Positions 6,464 through 16,126 of a stretch of 32,000 bases of DNA are shown here, in pieces; position 1 is the stretch's first letter, and every line of letters starts with the position of its first letter. Source of the stretch: Candidatus Altimarinota bacterium (GTDB taxonomy: Bacteria; Patescibacteriota; Gracilibacteria; UBA1369). A model generated the notes under the pieces. The model had not been told where the DNA came from, made no database searches, and saw only the letters and a program-made list of their open reading frames with translations. Made by a program: the position numbers and the translations under genes. The DNA lies in contig JBAZYK010000004.1 of the NCBI GenBank assembly GCA_041659405.1, positions 1 to 32,000 of the forward strand. Reading direction: 5' to 3'.

Positions 6464-8260
6464 CTACTCCCACTCAATCGTGCCCGGTGGTTTGTTTGTG
6501 ACATCGTAAAAAACGGCTGTAATTCCCGGAACTGTCATGATTTCTTCAGTCAGATTTTTCAAAAGTTTCAAATCCATTTCGTAAAAATTCGCAGTCATGG
6601 CTTCTTCTGAACACACAGGCCTTAGCACAATTGCCTCACCATTTTCACGATTAATGCTGACCGGAATCAACACAGTCGGGAATTGCCAAATTTGTCGACT
6701 AAGCGAATGTTTTTCCATAAATTCATTCACCTTGGCATCAGCCTGCTGCAAAAGCTTAATTCTTTCGCGCGTTAAATAAGAATTTTGCACTTTAACACTT
6801 TCAATTTTATTTGGATGTTGCAGCCAGATCACCCGATTGATTTCCTGAAACTGGTTAATCAACTTTGTCGCTAATTTACCCAGAGTCTTAAAATCGCTTG
6901 CACCCATCAAAACCAAAGGATGGCGATAAGTGCGGAAATCCCCTTGAACGCCAACACTTTGAATCGGCAAAACCTTACCCTGCAAGCCAAATTTAGCCAC
7001 TTCTTCATTGATATTTTTTTCCAATGTTGATTGATGTTCAACCGGAACAGCTTCCTGAATACACAGGCATCTAACGGCCAGCCCCGGACCTGGAAAAGGG
7101 TGTCGCCATACCAATTTTTCCGGCAACCCAAGCTTCATTCCAACCTCACGAACTTCGTCTTTATAAAGCTGAGCAAGTGGCTCAATTACCTTACCTTCCT
7201 TCATCAGTTTTTCGATTTGTTCAACGCGATTATGATGAGTTTTGATTTTAGCCGCATATTTTGTTCCACCGGTTTCAATTGTATCGGGATAAATAGTTCC
7301 CTGACCCAGAAGCCATTCTTCCGGATTTAATTTAAGTTCTTCAACAATTTCCGCTTGAGCTTTTACAAAAAGATCACCAATGATTTTGCGCTTCGCCTCG
7401 GGATCATAGCGGTCTTGTAACGCTTCAAAATAACGCTTGCTGGCATCACGCACATGCAGGTTATTAAAACCAAGCGATTTTAGGGCTTCTTCAACTTCTG
7501 TTCGCTCGTTCAAACGCAAAAAACCGGTATCCACAAAAAGTCCAAAAACACGATCAGGTCCCAAAGCCTTTTCCAGAAGCGCAAAAGCCACGGTCGAATC
7601 CACACCTCCACTCACCATCATAAACACTTTTTTCTTCCCCACTTTTTTACGAACCAATTCCATTTCCGCAGCGATAAAATCGTCAATTTTCCATTCGCGC
7701 TTAACGTTACAAAGATTCAAAAAATTATTGAGCATCTTCATTCCGGCAGCGGTATGCGTAACTTCCAGATGAAACTGCACACCATAAAAATTCTTTTCAA
7801 AATTGGCAATTGCCGCATTCTCTCCGGGGCTTTCGCCAATAACTTCATAACCGGGCGGCAGCTCTTTCACAGAATCACCATGGCTCATCCAGACAATTTC
7901 CGTTGGATTTAAGCCGTCAAACAGCCCTTTTGCTTTTGTTATTTTCATCTCGGCCAAACCATATTCACGGAAATCAGCCGGTTCAACTTTTGCGCCCTGA
8001 ACATAGGCCAAAGCCTGATGACCATAACAAATTCCCAGCAGCGGAACGCCCAATTCCAAAATACCCGGATCACATTTTAATGAGTCCTCGTCATAAACGC
8101 TTTGTGGCCCCCCGGAAAGGATAATTCCCTTAAATTCACGCAATTTTTCGGCCGGAGTATCGCCTTCAAAAATTTCACTAAACACATTTAGTCTGCGCAC
8201 TCTGTTCGCGATCAAATGGGCATATTGTCCTCCAAAATCTAAAACCGCAATTTTGTCCAT
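6464..8260 (-). CDS. guaA: GMP synthase (glutamine-hydrolysing)
   Basis: GATase N-terminus MDKIAVLDFGGQYAHLI, the ATP-PPase P-loop VSGGVDSTV, and a C-terminal ...PPGTIEWE. The true ATG is at 8260; the ORF-track start at 8344 is an upstream extension. Confidence 0.93.
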   Translation of the reverse strand: MDKIAVLDFGGQYAHLIANRVRRLNVFSEIFEGDTPAEKLREFKGIILSGGPQSVYDEDSLKCDPGILELGVPLLGICYGHQALAYVQGAKVEPADFREYGLAEMKITKAKGLFDGLNPTEIVWMSHGDSVKELPPGYEVIGESPGENAAIANFEKNFYGVQFHLEVTHTAAGMKMLNNFLNLCNVKREWKIDDFIAAEMELVRKKVGKKKVFMMVSGGVDSTVAFALLEKALGPDRVFGLFVDTGFLRLNERTEVEEALKSLGFNNLHVRDASKRYFEALQDRYDPEAKRKIIGDLFVKAQAEIVEELKLNPEEWLLGQGTIYPDTIETGGTKYAAKIKTHHNRVEQIEKLMKEGKVIEPLAQLYKDEVREVGMKLGLPEKLVWRHPFPGPGLAVRCLCIQEAVPVEHQSTLEKNINEEVAKFGLQGKVLPIQSVGVQGDFRTYRHPLVLMGASDFKTLGKLATKLINQFQEINRVIWLQHPNKIESVKVQNSYLTRERIKLLQQADAKVNEFMEKHSLSRQIWQFPTVLIPVSINRENGEAIVLRPVCSEEAMTANFYEMDLKLLKNLTEEIMTVPGITAVFYDVTNKPPGTIEWE

Positions 8261-8434
8261 AACGCGAGCCGAAGGCCTGCTTATAAAGTAAAGTGAGCGA
8301 GCTTGCGACAAACAAGTTCGCAATAACCAGCGCCATCTTAACACAAAATTTTTTAATGAAAAATTTAAATTTCGTTAATGTCGATTTGTGATAATTACCA
8401 AGCAGCCCTTTACAGGAATAAATCCAGGCCATAC

Positions 8435-8461
8435 AATATTAATGCAAAAAGTATTAATATT
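8435..8461. promoter_or_regulatory. Inverted repeat, candidate operator of the toxin-antitoxin operon
   Basis: AATATTAAT (8435-8443), 9 nt, then ATTAATATT (8453-8461). Perfect 9-bp arms ending 14 nt upstream of the antitoxin ATG. A TACAAT -10-like hexamer lies at 8432-8437. Confidence 0.4.
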
Positions 8462-8474
8462 TAATGATAAATGT

Positions 8475-8687
8475 ATGACGTTGCTTCAACTCAAAATCGA
8501 TGAAAAATTAAAAAAGGCTATCCAGAAAAAGGCCGATTTGTATGGAGTTCCAGCCAGTTCTTTAATCAGGATCGTTCTTGTAAAATCATTCATTGAACAA
8601 CAAAATGGCCCCGGCAACGTTTTTAATGCCGATCGCGATAGTGCAGGGAAAGGGCTAAAGATTGATGATCTGATGGCCAAACTTTAA
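8475..8687 (+). CDS. Ribbon-helix-helix (CopG/RelB-like) antitoxin
   Basis: MTLLQLKIDEKLKKAIQKKADLYGVPASSLIRIVL fits a beta-strand plus two helices RHH pattern. 70 aa, 10 nt upstream of a RelE-like gene. The internal ATG at 8475 is preferred over the ORF-track start at 8388. Confidence 0.65.
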   Translation: MTLLQLKIDEKLKKAIQKKADLYGVPASSLIRIVLVKSFIEQQNGPGNVFNADRDSAGKGLKIDDLMAKL

Positions 8688-8696
8688 TCCAAAAAC

Positions 8697-8933
8697 ATGA
8701 CCGATAAAATCGAAAAATTTACAAAAAGCCTGGATGAAAAGACCAAAAAGAGACTGAAACAAAAGCTTCAGGCAATAAAAAAAGATCCCTATAATCAAAA
8801 AGATGTTAAAAAACTCCAAGGATTAGGCAAAGATATTTTTCGATTCAGAATGGGAAAAATCAGGATTATTTACCAAATAATCGATCAGGAGGTGATAATT
8901 CTCGATATTGATTACCGCGGGAATATTTATTGA
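8697..8933 (+). CDS. RelE/ParE-family type II toxin
   Basis: 78 aa. The sequence ...LQGLGKDIFRFRMGKIRIIYQIIDQEVIILDIDYRGNIY matches the RelE/StbE C-terminal pattern (R.R.G.yRiiY ... i..i.hR...Y). Confidence 0.75.
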   Translation: MTDKIEKFTKSLDEKTKKRLKQKLQAIKKDPYNQKDVKKLQGLGKDIFRFRMGKIRIIYQIIDQEVIILDIDYRGNIY

Positions 8934-10486
8934 GCTTTTTTTTCAGAAATATCTCGCTCCGCAAATTCCGTGTGTAAGGCTTTAAGCAGCTTATCCGCAT
9001 CTTCTTCCCGCACGATCAAAGTTTCATTTCGGTCCGAGTGGCCACTGGTAAAATCGATACTAACGCCGGCATCTTTTGCAACCGTGGTAATGCGCGATAA
9101 AAGCCCAACTATATTTTCCATATTTCTTCCGACCAAACAAATCAAAGCGCGATTCGACTTTTTATTAACCTTCGTAAATTTTGGTAAAGTTTCTCCTTCA
9201 TCGGTTTCATAGGTTAAGCTTTGCAGTTTTTGCATTAATTTATGTACCATTTCCTGATTAACACCAACACTAAAAGAAATCGAATTTTCAGATGTAGTGG
9301 TCGCATCCGAAGAAATCCCAAGCTCATCCAAAATTGTAAAAATTTCTTTATTAATGCCCGGACGATCATCAAAATCCCATTCAACGGTAATCATGGTTTG
9401 CCCCGATTTTTTGGCGATGAAAAGAACACCTTCTTCTAATTCTTCGCCTGGTTGCGGCTCCGCAATCAGTGTTCCCTGACTATCCAAATTATTGATATCC
9501 ATAACTCGAACAGAAACCTTTTTGCCGGCCAAAATCGGAGCAACAAGTTCATGCACGGCTTTCATTCCTCCCAATGTTGCAAGTTCACGCGCCTCGCTTG
9601 GCAGGACTCTATTTCTTGGTTTGGCCTTATTGCCGACAATACTCGGGTCCGCCGACATCAACGCTTCCACTTCTTTAATAATTTGTAATTGAATATCTTC
9701 AGGATTCAAGCCAAGTGCCAATAGTGCTCTTATTGCAAGTGCAGCTTGTGCATCGGTATATCCTCGCCCAAATTTTTTGAGTAGTCCACCTTCCACATAA
9801 CCGGAATAACCCGGAACAATTGGTGTATACCCAGCCGCCAATGTTTCTTGAATTGCTTCAGCCAATTTCGGAGTAATTAATTTACAAACATCACCTCTTT
9901 TCGGCAGTTTATCCGGATTCAAATTTTCTGGAATCACAAAAAAATCAGCAGAATCTACAACACGATATTTTCGCACGGAGTGACCATTTTTACCGCTAGC
10001 AGTGCGAGCAGCGACATTGGCAACTTCACTCAGAACATGCGCAGAGAAAACTTCTCCAAGGGCCATAATTCTATCTTCAAGCATCAATTTTTCTCCGGGA
10101 CTTAATTTTGGCTTACGCATAATCGCCAAAATTTCAGCCAAGGTACTATGATTCAAACCATCTAAAACCAATTCAAGATTATTTGTAATGTAACCCTCTG
10201 GTAGATATTTTCTAGCCATCGCCAAAGCATAATCAAGATTTGGTTCGGTGAATTCTTCAAAATCATCCACACCAAAATCAGGGCTGCCCTCTGCTTCCAA
10301 AATCTCATTAACTCTGCCTTTAATACCCTTCTTTTCATTTCCAATAAGATCATCAGTTTGGCCACTGAAAGCCGAAACTACCACAACCTGTTCTATTTCT
10401 GGATCATCCTGGTTAAGAGCCTGAGTAACCAGATCCATTCGGTCCATAGGTTTGCCTCCAAATTTTTTAACTACAGCTTTCAGCAT
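8927..10486 (-). CDS. Aspartate kinase-like protein (amino-acid kinase domain plus C-terminal ACT domains)
   Basis: AVVKKFGG..., VVVVSAFSGQTDDLI, GRGYTDAQAALA, MSADPSIV, and the ACT-like ALICLVGRNMENIVGLLSRI. 519 aa, with insertions compared with a typical aspartate kinase. Confidence 0.7.
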   Translation of the reverse strand: MLKAVVKKFGGKPMDRMDLVTQALNQDDPEIEQVVVVSAFSGQTDDLIGNEKKGIKGRVNEILEAEGSPDFGVDDFEEFTEPNLDYALAMARKYLPEGYITNNLELVLDGLNHSTLAEILAIMRKPKLSPGEKLMLEDRIMALGEVFSAHVLSEVANVAARTASGKNGHSVRKYRVVDSADFFVIPENLNPDKLPKRGDVCKLITPKLAEAIQETLAAGYTPIVPGYSGYVEGGLLKKFGRGYTDAQAALAIRALLALGLNPEDIQLQIIKEVEALMSADPSIVGNKAKPRNRVLPSEARELATLGGMKAVHELVAPILAGKKVSVRVMDINNLDSQGTLIAEPQPGEELEEGVLFIAKKSGQTMITVEWDFDDRPGINKEIFTILDELGISSDATTTSENSISFSVGVNQEMVHKLMQKLQSLTYETDEGETLPKFTKVNKKSNRALICLVGRNMENIVGLLSRITTVAKDAGVSIDFTSGHSDRNETLIVREEDADKLLKALHTEFAERDISEKKAQ

Positions 10487-10555
10487 AAATAAAAATAACG
10501 AGCCACAAAGCTAGCGAAAAATGGCCAAGGAGTCAATAAATAATCTAAAGCCTAA

Positions 10556-12313
10556 CTACTTAATCCTCTGCACCGCCGTAATCATTTTTGGATTTGGATC
10601 GATAATATTTCCATGCAGATCGCTGATATTTTTAAGGGTGACACCATAACGCTCTTCCGGCTGCGCAGTCATGCCCTTAACAAAAAGCTTTACGCCTTTG
10701 CCACTGTGTTCAATGTGGTCGATTTGGAGCTGATCGGTAACTTCGGAATGAGTCAGATTTAAGTCAGCTACCTGATAATTTAGCGGATCTTCTGTGGATG
10801 AATTCGAAACATTTGCATTGAATTCAATATCAATTCTGCCAAGTTGATCAAGCCCCTGATATATAATTCGTGGCGGAGTTTTATCCGTCGAAATATTCAA
10901 ATTTAAATCAACATCATTATCCAATTCTTGTTGATAGGTGCCGATATTTTCTTTCTGTTCAAACTGGCTGCCGTTAACCAAAAATCCCTGAGGCGCCTGA
11001 ACCAGCACAGTGTAATAATCTTCCTGCGCACCGGACTGTTTTGGAATATAAAGATGATAATTTTTATCAACTTTTGCCGGCAAAGAATATTGATAACGAA
11101 GCTCGGTATCCTCACCCGGCTGCAGTTTTATAATGTTCCCAAAAATATGAAAAAGTCCCTGATCTTCCTCGTGCAGGCTGTTTTTATAATCGGCTGAAAC
11201 TGCTAAAAGTTTGGCACCCTTTGGAACAAAAGTACGAATATAACCGGTATAAGACCCATTTAAAGGCACATTCTCAACTCCATAATGATAAATATTAATG
11301 CGCACATCAGAAACCAGATCAAAAGTTCCTTCACTATTTTCTTTCATGGTCACGTTATAGGTAACTTTTCTTTGAATATATCTATCCGATTTCATGCCAC
11401 CCAGATTTGCCTCATTTACAGCCAAAAAATCGGTATTGATCTGATCCGGCCAATTGCCGCCCCAGTCCTGTTCCTGCACCATTTTTTCTAAATTCGGACT
11501 ATTAAAATAAAGCTGAATTTCTTTGGTGGCCAAGCTGTGGACAATGGTATCGGCCACACGACGAAGCTTAAATGGACTGAAAGCAATCTTCTTAATTAGC
11601 GCATCAGCAAAAGGTTTCAGAATTGATTTGCGATTTTTGAGTTGGTCAACATTGTGCTTATCCACATTGTTAACTTGATCTTCCAGCATTTCAAAAAGCG
11701 AATTTTGACTAAACATTTTGCCATTTACGGTAACCGGACCGGTCGCGCCCAACAAATCTTCCAAAAAAGAATAATTCACGGCAATCACGCCATCCACTTG
11801 TTGATCAGGTTTTGTAATATGAAGCATACGCGTTAATTCCGCAGCAGCAGCCGGAAAATCAGGATTATAATTCGCGTCACGGAAGGTATAACCTTTGTAC
11901 CATTCATTCTGTAAAAGTTCTTTCATTGGATACGGTGGCTCAATATAAGAATGATTATCAATATCGCCATAAACATCGGACACATCCAGTTTTGTTAGTA
12001 TTCCATTTTGGAAATGGGCGATTCCATAAGCGGAAATAAAGCCGCCGCCCGGCCTAAGTTCGTGATTATTTTGAAAAACGAACAGATAATTTTTGCTGCT
12101 AAAAGGGAGTCCGGTAATTTCAGACAAGTACGGAAAAAAAATCCTCAAACTTCCCAAAACCGAAAAAATAAAAAGCAGCACAAAAAGCAAAAAAGCCGAA
12201 ACTCCCCAAAACCAGGGATGCCTGCGCGCCGAGCCATCTTTCTTCTTAAAAAAAGAACCGAAAGATGTGGCAAAAGAACTAAGACCGTTTTTAATTTTAT
12301 CCAGAAATTGCAT
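10556..12313 (-). CDS. DUF4012 domain protein with N-terminal TM helix and C-terminal Ig-like domain
   Basis: TM helix WFWGVSAFLLFVLLFIFSVLG, the DUF4012 signature NNHELRPGGGFISAYGIAHFQNG, and a beta-rich C-terminal tail (DPLNYQVADLNL...). Confidence 0.75.
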   Translation of the reverse strand: MQFLDKIKNGLSSFATSFGSFFKKKDGSARRHPWFWGVSAFLLFVLLFIFSVLGSLRIFFPYLSEITGLPFSSKNYLFVFQNNHELRPGGGFISAYGIAHFQNGILTKLDVSDVYGDIDNHSYIEPPYPMKELLQNEWYKGYTFRDANYNPDFPAAAAELTRMLHITKPDQQVDGVIAVNYSFLEDLLGATGPVTVNGKMFSQNSLFEMLEDQVNNVDKHNVDQLKNRKSILKPFADALIKKIAFSPFKLRRVADTIVHSLATKEIQLYFNSPNLEKMVQEQDWGGNWPDQINTDFLAVNEANLGGMKSDRYIQRKVTYNVTMKENSEGTFDLVSDVRINIYHYGVENVPLNGSYTGYIRTFVPKGAKLLAVSADYKNSLHEEDQGLFHIFGNIIKLQPGEDTELRYQYSLPAKVDKNYHLYIPKQSGAQEDYYTVLVQAPQGFLVNGSQFEQKENIGTYQQELDNDVDLNLNISTDKTPPRIIYQGLDQLGRIDIEFNANVSNSSTEDPLNYQVADLNLTHSEVTDQLQIDHIEHSGKGVKLFVKGMTAQPEERYGVTLKNISDLHGNIIDPNPKMITAVQRIK

Positions 12314-12337
12314 AAAAATTCCAAAAATTACTAATTT

Positions 12338-14056
12338 CTAATTAGTATCCGGCCTCATCAACGGAAACAACACCGTATCTTTCAAGTTGTCCTGATTTGT
12401 AATTAAAGCCATAAAACGGTCTATGCCCATTCCCCAGCCGGACATTGGCGGCATGCCGTGTTCCATCGCCATAATAAAATCTTCATCCATTGGCATGGCT
12501 TCTTCATCGCCCGCGGCCTTCGCATCGGCCTGGCGCATCAATCTTTCGCGCTGATCAACCGGATCAATCAACTCCGAATACGCATTCACAATTTCCCACG
12601 AGTTCACGAGTAGCTGAAAAGTGTCAGCAATTCGCGGATCCTGGTCATTTCGGCGAGCCAAAGGCTTAGTATCAACCGGATGTTTAATCACAAACGCCGG
12701 TTGAATTAAACTTGGACGGGAAACTTTTTTATAAAGCGCATCGCACAAATTGCCATAACCCATAGTTTCGGCCTTCTCTATGATGATTTTTTTGCGCTTG
12801 GTTTCTGCGCGCAAAGCATCGGCGTCGCCATAAAAATCCAGAATATTAATACCGCTGTCTTTCTTGATCAGCTCGGCAAAATTTAGACGTGGCCAAGGCT
12901 TTTTGCTGAAAGAAATAATCTGATCTTTTCCTTCATGATCTTTGCAAGTTATCTGGTAAGCGTCAGCCGTTTTTACGATTTTATCAGAGGTCATTTTTTC
13001 TAACGCATTCAAAATTAATTCCTGAGTGAAATTCATATTGTCCTCGTAGTTCCAGTAACTTCCATAGTATTCCAGCATCGTAAATTCCTGCAGATGTGAA
13101 GGGTCCATGCCTTCATTGCGGAAACATTTTGCAAATTCATACACTCGCTCAAAACCGCCAACCACTGCGCGTTTTAAGTAAGTTTCCGGCGCAATTCTTA
13201 AATACAAATCAATATCCAGCGCATGATGATGTGTAGTAAATGGCTTTGCCGCAGCCCCGGAAGGAATCGATGTCAAAATTGGCGTTTCAATTTCAATAAA
13301 ATTATGACTATCCAGAAATTTGCGAATCTCGGTAATCAGGCGTGTGCGCAACAAAAATCGGTCATACGTTTCCCGGTCGGTCAACATATCCAAATAACGT
13401 TTGCGATATTTAAGTTCGGTATCCGCAATCCCATGGAATTTTTCCGGCAGCGGACGCAGTGTTTTTGAAAGCAGTTGATATGATTGCACCAGCAAAGTTA
13501 ATTCGCCGTGCTTAGTCATAAAAAGCTCACCGGTAACACCAATAAAATCACCAACATCAATTTTGCGCAGCAGTTTATAAGCTTCCGGTGGGGCGATTTT
13601 TTTAGCTTCAGTCCGACCAGCGTCGCCCTTTTTGGCTCCACCGTCTGCGCCCTCCATATCCACAAAATCCTGCATAAACGCAATTTGCATTTTGCCGCTA
13701 AGGTCCTGCAGATGAGCAAAAGTCAGCTTGCCATGTGGACGCATCAGCATCACACGACCCGCCATACGCACCTTTGAATTTGGCTTAGCAACGATTTCTT
13801 CCACCGCTCTTAAGGTTTCACCCTCGGCTTCCTTTTTAATTTCATCAACCAGGTGAGTTCGCTCAAAACGTTCAGCATAAGGCAAAATTTTCAGATCTCT
13901 CAATTCCTGGAGCTTCTTTTTGCGCTCTTCAAACTCATCCGTTGGAGTTAGAATAGGCTCATTTTGCTTAGGAGCCTGCTGCTTATTAGCGCTCTGGCCA
14001 GCCTTCTGTTGGTGTTTCATCTGTTCCGTGTCGGTATTTTTTTTAATTGGTTCCAT
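12338..14056 (-). CDS. lysS: Lysyl-tRNA synthetase, class II
   Basis: OB-fold N-terminal domain. Class II motifs FIEIETPIL, FRNEG and GMGIDRFMALITNQDNLKDTVLFPLMRP. There is an insertion (EGADGGAKKGDAGRTEAKK) in the anticodon-binding region. Confidence 0.93.
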   Translation of the reverse strand: MEPIKKNTDTEQMKHQQKAGQSANKQQAPKQNEPILTPTDEFEERKKKLQELRDLKILPYAERFERTHLVDEIKKEAEGETLRAVEEIVAKPNSKVRMAGRVMLMRPHGKLTFAHLQDLSGKMQIAFMQDFVDMEGADGGAKKGDAGRTEAKKIAPPEAYKLLRKIDVGDFIGVTGELFMTKHGELTLLVQSYQLLSKTLRPLPEKFHGIADTELKYRKRYLDMLTDRETYDRFLLRTRLITEIRKFLDSHNFIEIETPILTSIPSGAAAKPFTTHHHALDIDLYLRIAPETYLKRAVVGGFERVYEFAKCFRNEGMDPSHLQEFTMLEYYGSYWNYEDNMNFTQELILNALEKMTSDKIVKTADAYQITCKDHEGKDQIISFSKKPWPRLNFAELIKKDSGINILDFYGDADALRAETKRKKIIIEKAETMGYGNLCDALYKKVSRPSLIQPAFVIKHPVDTKPLARRNDQDPRIADTFQLLVNSWEIVNAYSELIDPVDQRERLMRQADAKAAGDEEAMPMDEDFIMAMEHGMPPMSGWGMGIDRFMALITNQDNLKDTVLFPLMRPDTN

Positions 14057-14148
14057 ATAAAAAATCAGAGATAAAGCTTCAACACTTTAGCACAATGCAT
14101 AGTCGTTTAAAATGTCGTTTATATGTCGCTAAACGGTGCAGTCGCCCC

Positions 14149-15519
14149 CTACTCCATCGAAGCGTAATCATCCATTTTTCGACTCTTTTCCACGCTGATA
14201 AAGCGCATCTGTTCCTTCTTGAAGGCCAGTTCAATATGGCCGATTGGGCCATTTCTGTGTTTGCGGATGTAAATATCGGTAATTCCCTTTCTGTCGGTAT
14301 CTTCCTCATAATAATCCTCACGATAAATCATCATAACCACATCGGCATCCTGTTCAATCGCACCGGATTCACGCAAATCGGAAAGCTGCGGAATTTTGCT
14401 TGGTCTAAGTTCAACCGCACGACTAAGCTGTGACAAAGCCAAAATTGGGATTCTAAGTTCACGCGCCAAACCCTTCAGCGCACGTGAAATTTCCGAAATT
14501 TCCTGCACGCGGTTGGTTTGGAACGAAGACGCTTTTCCCGCACTCATCAGCTGTAAATAATCAATTACTAAAAAGTCCAAACCGTGTTCCATCTGAAGCC
14601 TTCTGGCCTTGGCCCTAAGCTCGGCAATTGAATTTCCAACCGAATCATCAATATAAATCTTCATCGCGTAAAGCTCGTCCATAACGCCACCAATACGCAT
14701 AAAGTCAGCCTCAGTCAGTTTTCCTGTGCGCAATTTCCAGGAATCAACCGCCAAAAGTGAGCAGAACATGCGCTCAACCAATTGTTCTTTGGACATTTCA
14801 AGTGAAATTATACCACAGCAATAACCTTTCTTGGCGATGTTTTGGGCGATATTCAAAGCAAAAGCGGTCTTACCCATGGAAGGACGCGCCGCCAATATAA
14901 CCAGATCCGCAGGTTGGAAACCGGACAAAAGGTTATCAAGATCGCGATATCCCGTTGGAATTCCACGATATTTATCCTTCATATTCGGATCATGCAGCTC
15001 CGTAATTTTATCGTAAGTAGTGTTAAGAACGTCTTTAATATGCACAAAACGATCCTTCAAAAAAGTTTGAGAAACTCCGAATAAAGATTTTTCAGCCTCT
15101 TCCAGCAAATTTTCCAAAGCCTCGGTTTGGTTATATCCAAGCGAAGAAACCAGGTCTCCCGCTTTAATCAAACGGCGCAATGTTGCCTTTTGTTTGATGA
15201 TCATCGCGTACTGAAACACATGAGTCGCAGTCGGAACTTCATTGGTCAGGGTAGCCAAATAAGATGCTCCGCCAATTTGTTCAAGCTGTTTGCGATCTTC
15301 CAAAATACTGGTAACCGTCAAAAGATCAATCGGATTTCGGCGATCAAACAGGTCGAAAATGGCTTGAAAAACCAGTCCATGGCTTTCATGATAAAAATCC
15401 TCAGCTTTCAAAAAATCCGCAATTTTGGTAATTGCATCTTTATCTATCAGCAAACTGCCCAGCGTTGAACGCTCAGCATCAAGGCTGTGTGGCGGTACTT
15501 TAAGAAACGGCTGATCCAT
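14149..15519 (-). CDS. dnaB: Replicative DNA helicase
   Basis: PPHSLDAERSTLGSLLID, Walker A ARPSMGKTAFALN, LSQLSRAVE. 456 aa, no intein. Confidence 0.95.
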   Translation of the reverse strand: MDQPFLKVPPHSLDAERSTLGSLLIDKDAITKIADFLKAEDFYHESHGLVFQAIFDLFDRRNPIDLLTVTSILEDRKQLEQIGGASYLATLTNEVPTATHVFQYAMIIKQKATLRRLIKAGDLVSSLGYNQTEALENLLEEAEKSLFGVSQTFLKDRFVHIKDVLNTTYDKITELHDPNMKDKYRGIPTGYRDLDNLLSGFQPADLVILAARPSMGKTAFALNIAQNIAKKGYCCGIISLEMSKEQLVERMFCSLLAVDSWKLRTGKLTEADFMRIGGVMDELYAMKIYIDDSVGNSIAELRAKARRLQMEHGLDFLVIDYLQLMSAGKASSFQTNRVQEISEISRALKGLARELRIPILALSQLSRAVELRPSKIPQLSDLRESGAIEQDADVVMMIYREDYYEEDTDRKGITDIYIRKHRNGPIGHIELAFKKEQMRFISVEKSRKMDDYASME

Positions 15520-15697
15520 GTGAACAGATATAAACGGATGATTCTTCGACTATGCACGAAGCACCAGCTCCACTGACCAAATCGAAAGGACCATTTGGAA
15601 TGCTAGTGTACACATTTTAAGAATTTTTTAAAACTTTTTTAACACCCGCGTGCTATGGTTGCTTTAACTCTTATATAAGCCATTACAAATCTTGCAA

Positions 15698-16126
15698 ATG
15701 AGTGAAAAAGGCATGTTTCAAAATTCCTATCAAGTCAAAAATAAAAAACTCGGACAGTGGGGTGAACAAGTTGCGTGCCAATTTCTGCTAAAGAAAGGCT
15801 ATAACCTGGTCGCCAAAAATTATCACATTTTTGGTGGAGAGTTGGATATTATCGTCCAAAAAAATGGTATACTAACGTTCGTGGAAGTAAAAACCCGCAG
15901 CACTCAAACTTTTGGAACAGCAGCGGAAAGCCTGAATCATCGTAAAATTCAAAAACTATATCGTGCGATTCTGATTTATCTGGAAAAAGAAGACGTCCAC
16001 CACTCGTCGACCGGGCACTACCCACTCTGGCAACTCGATTTAATTGCCATCGACATCAGTCAAAATCCCAAAACTTTCAAAAAACAGGCTACTATCAAAC
16101 ATTATAAAAATATTCTTCAACAATGA
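15698..16126 (+). CDS. yraN: YraN family (UPF0102) putative endonuclease
   Basis: GEQVACQFLLKKGYNLVAKNYHIFGGELDIIVQKNGILTFVEVKTRS. The ATG at 15698 is preferred over the TTG at 15692. Confidence 0.8.
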   Translation: MSEKGMFQNSYQVKNKKLGQWGEQVACQFLLKKGYNLVAKNYHIFGGELDIIVQKNGILTFVEVKTRSTQTFGTAAESLNHRKIQKLYRAILIYLEKEDVHHSSTGHYPLWQLDLIAIDISQNPKTFKKQATIKHYKNILQQ

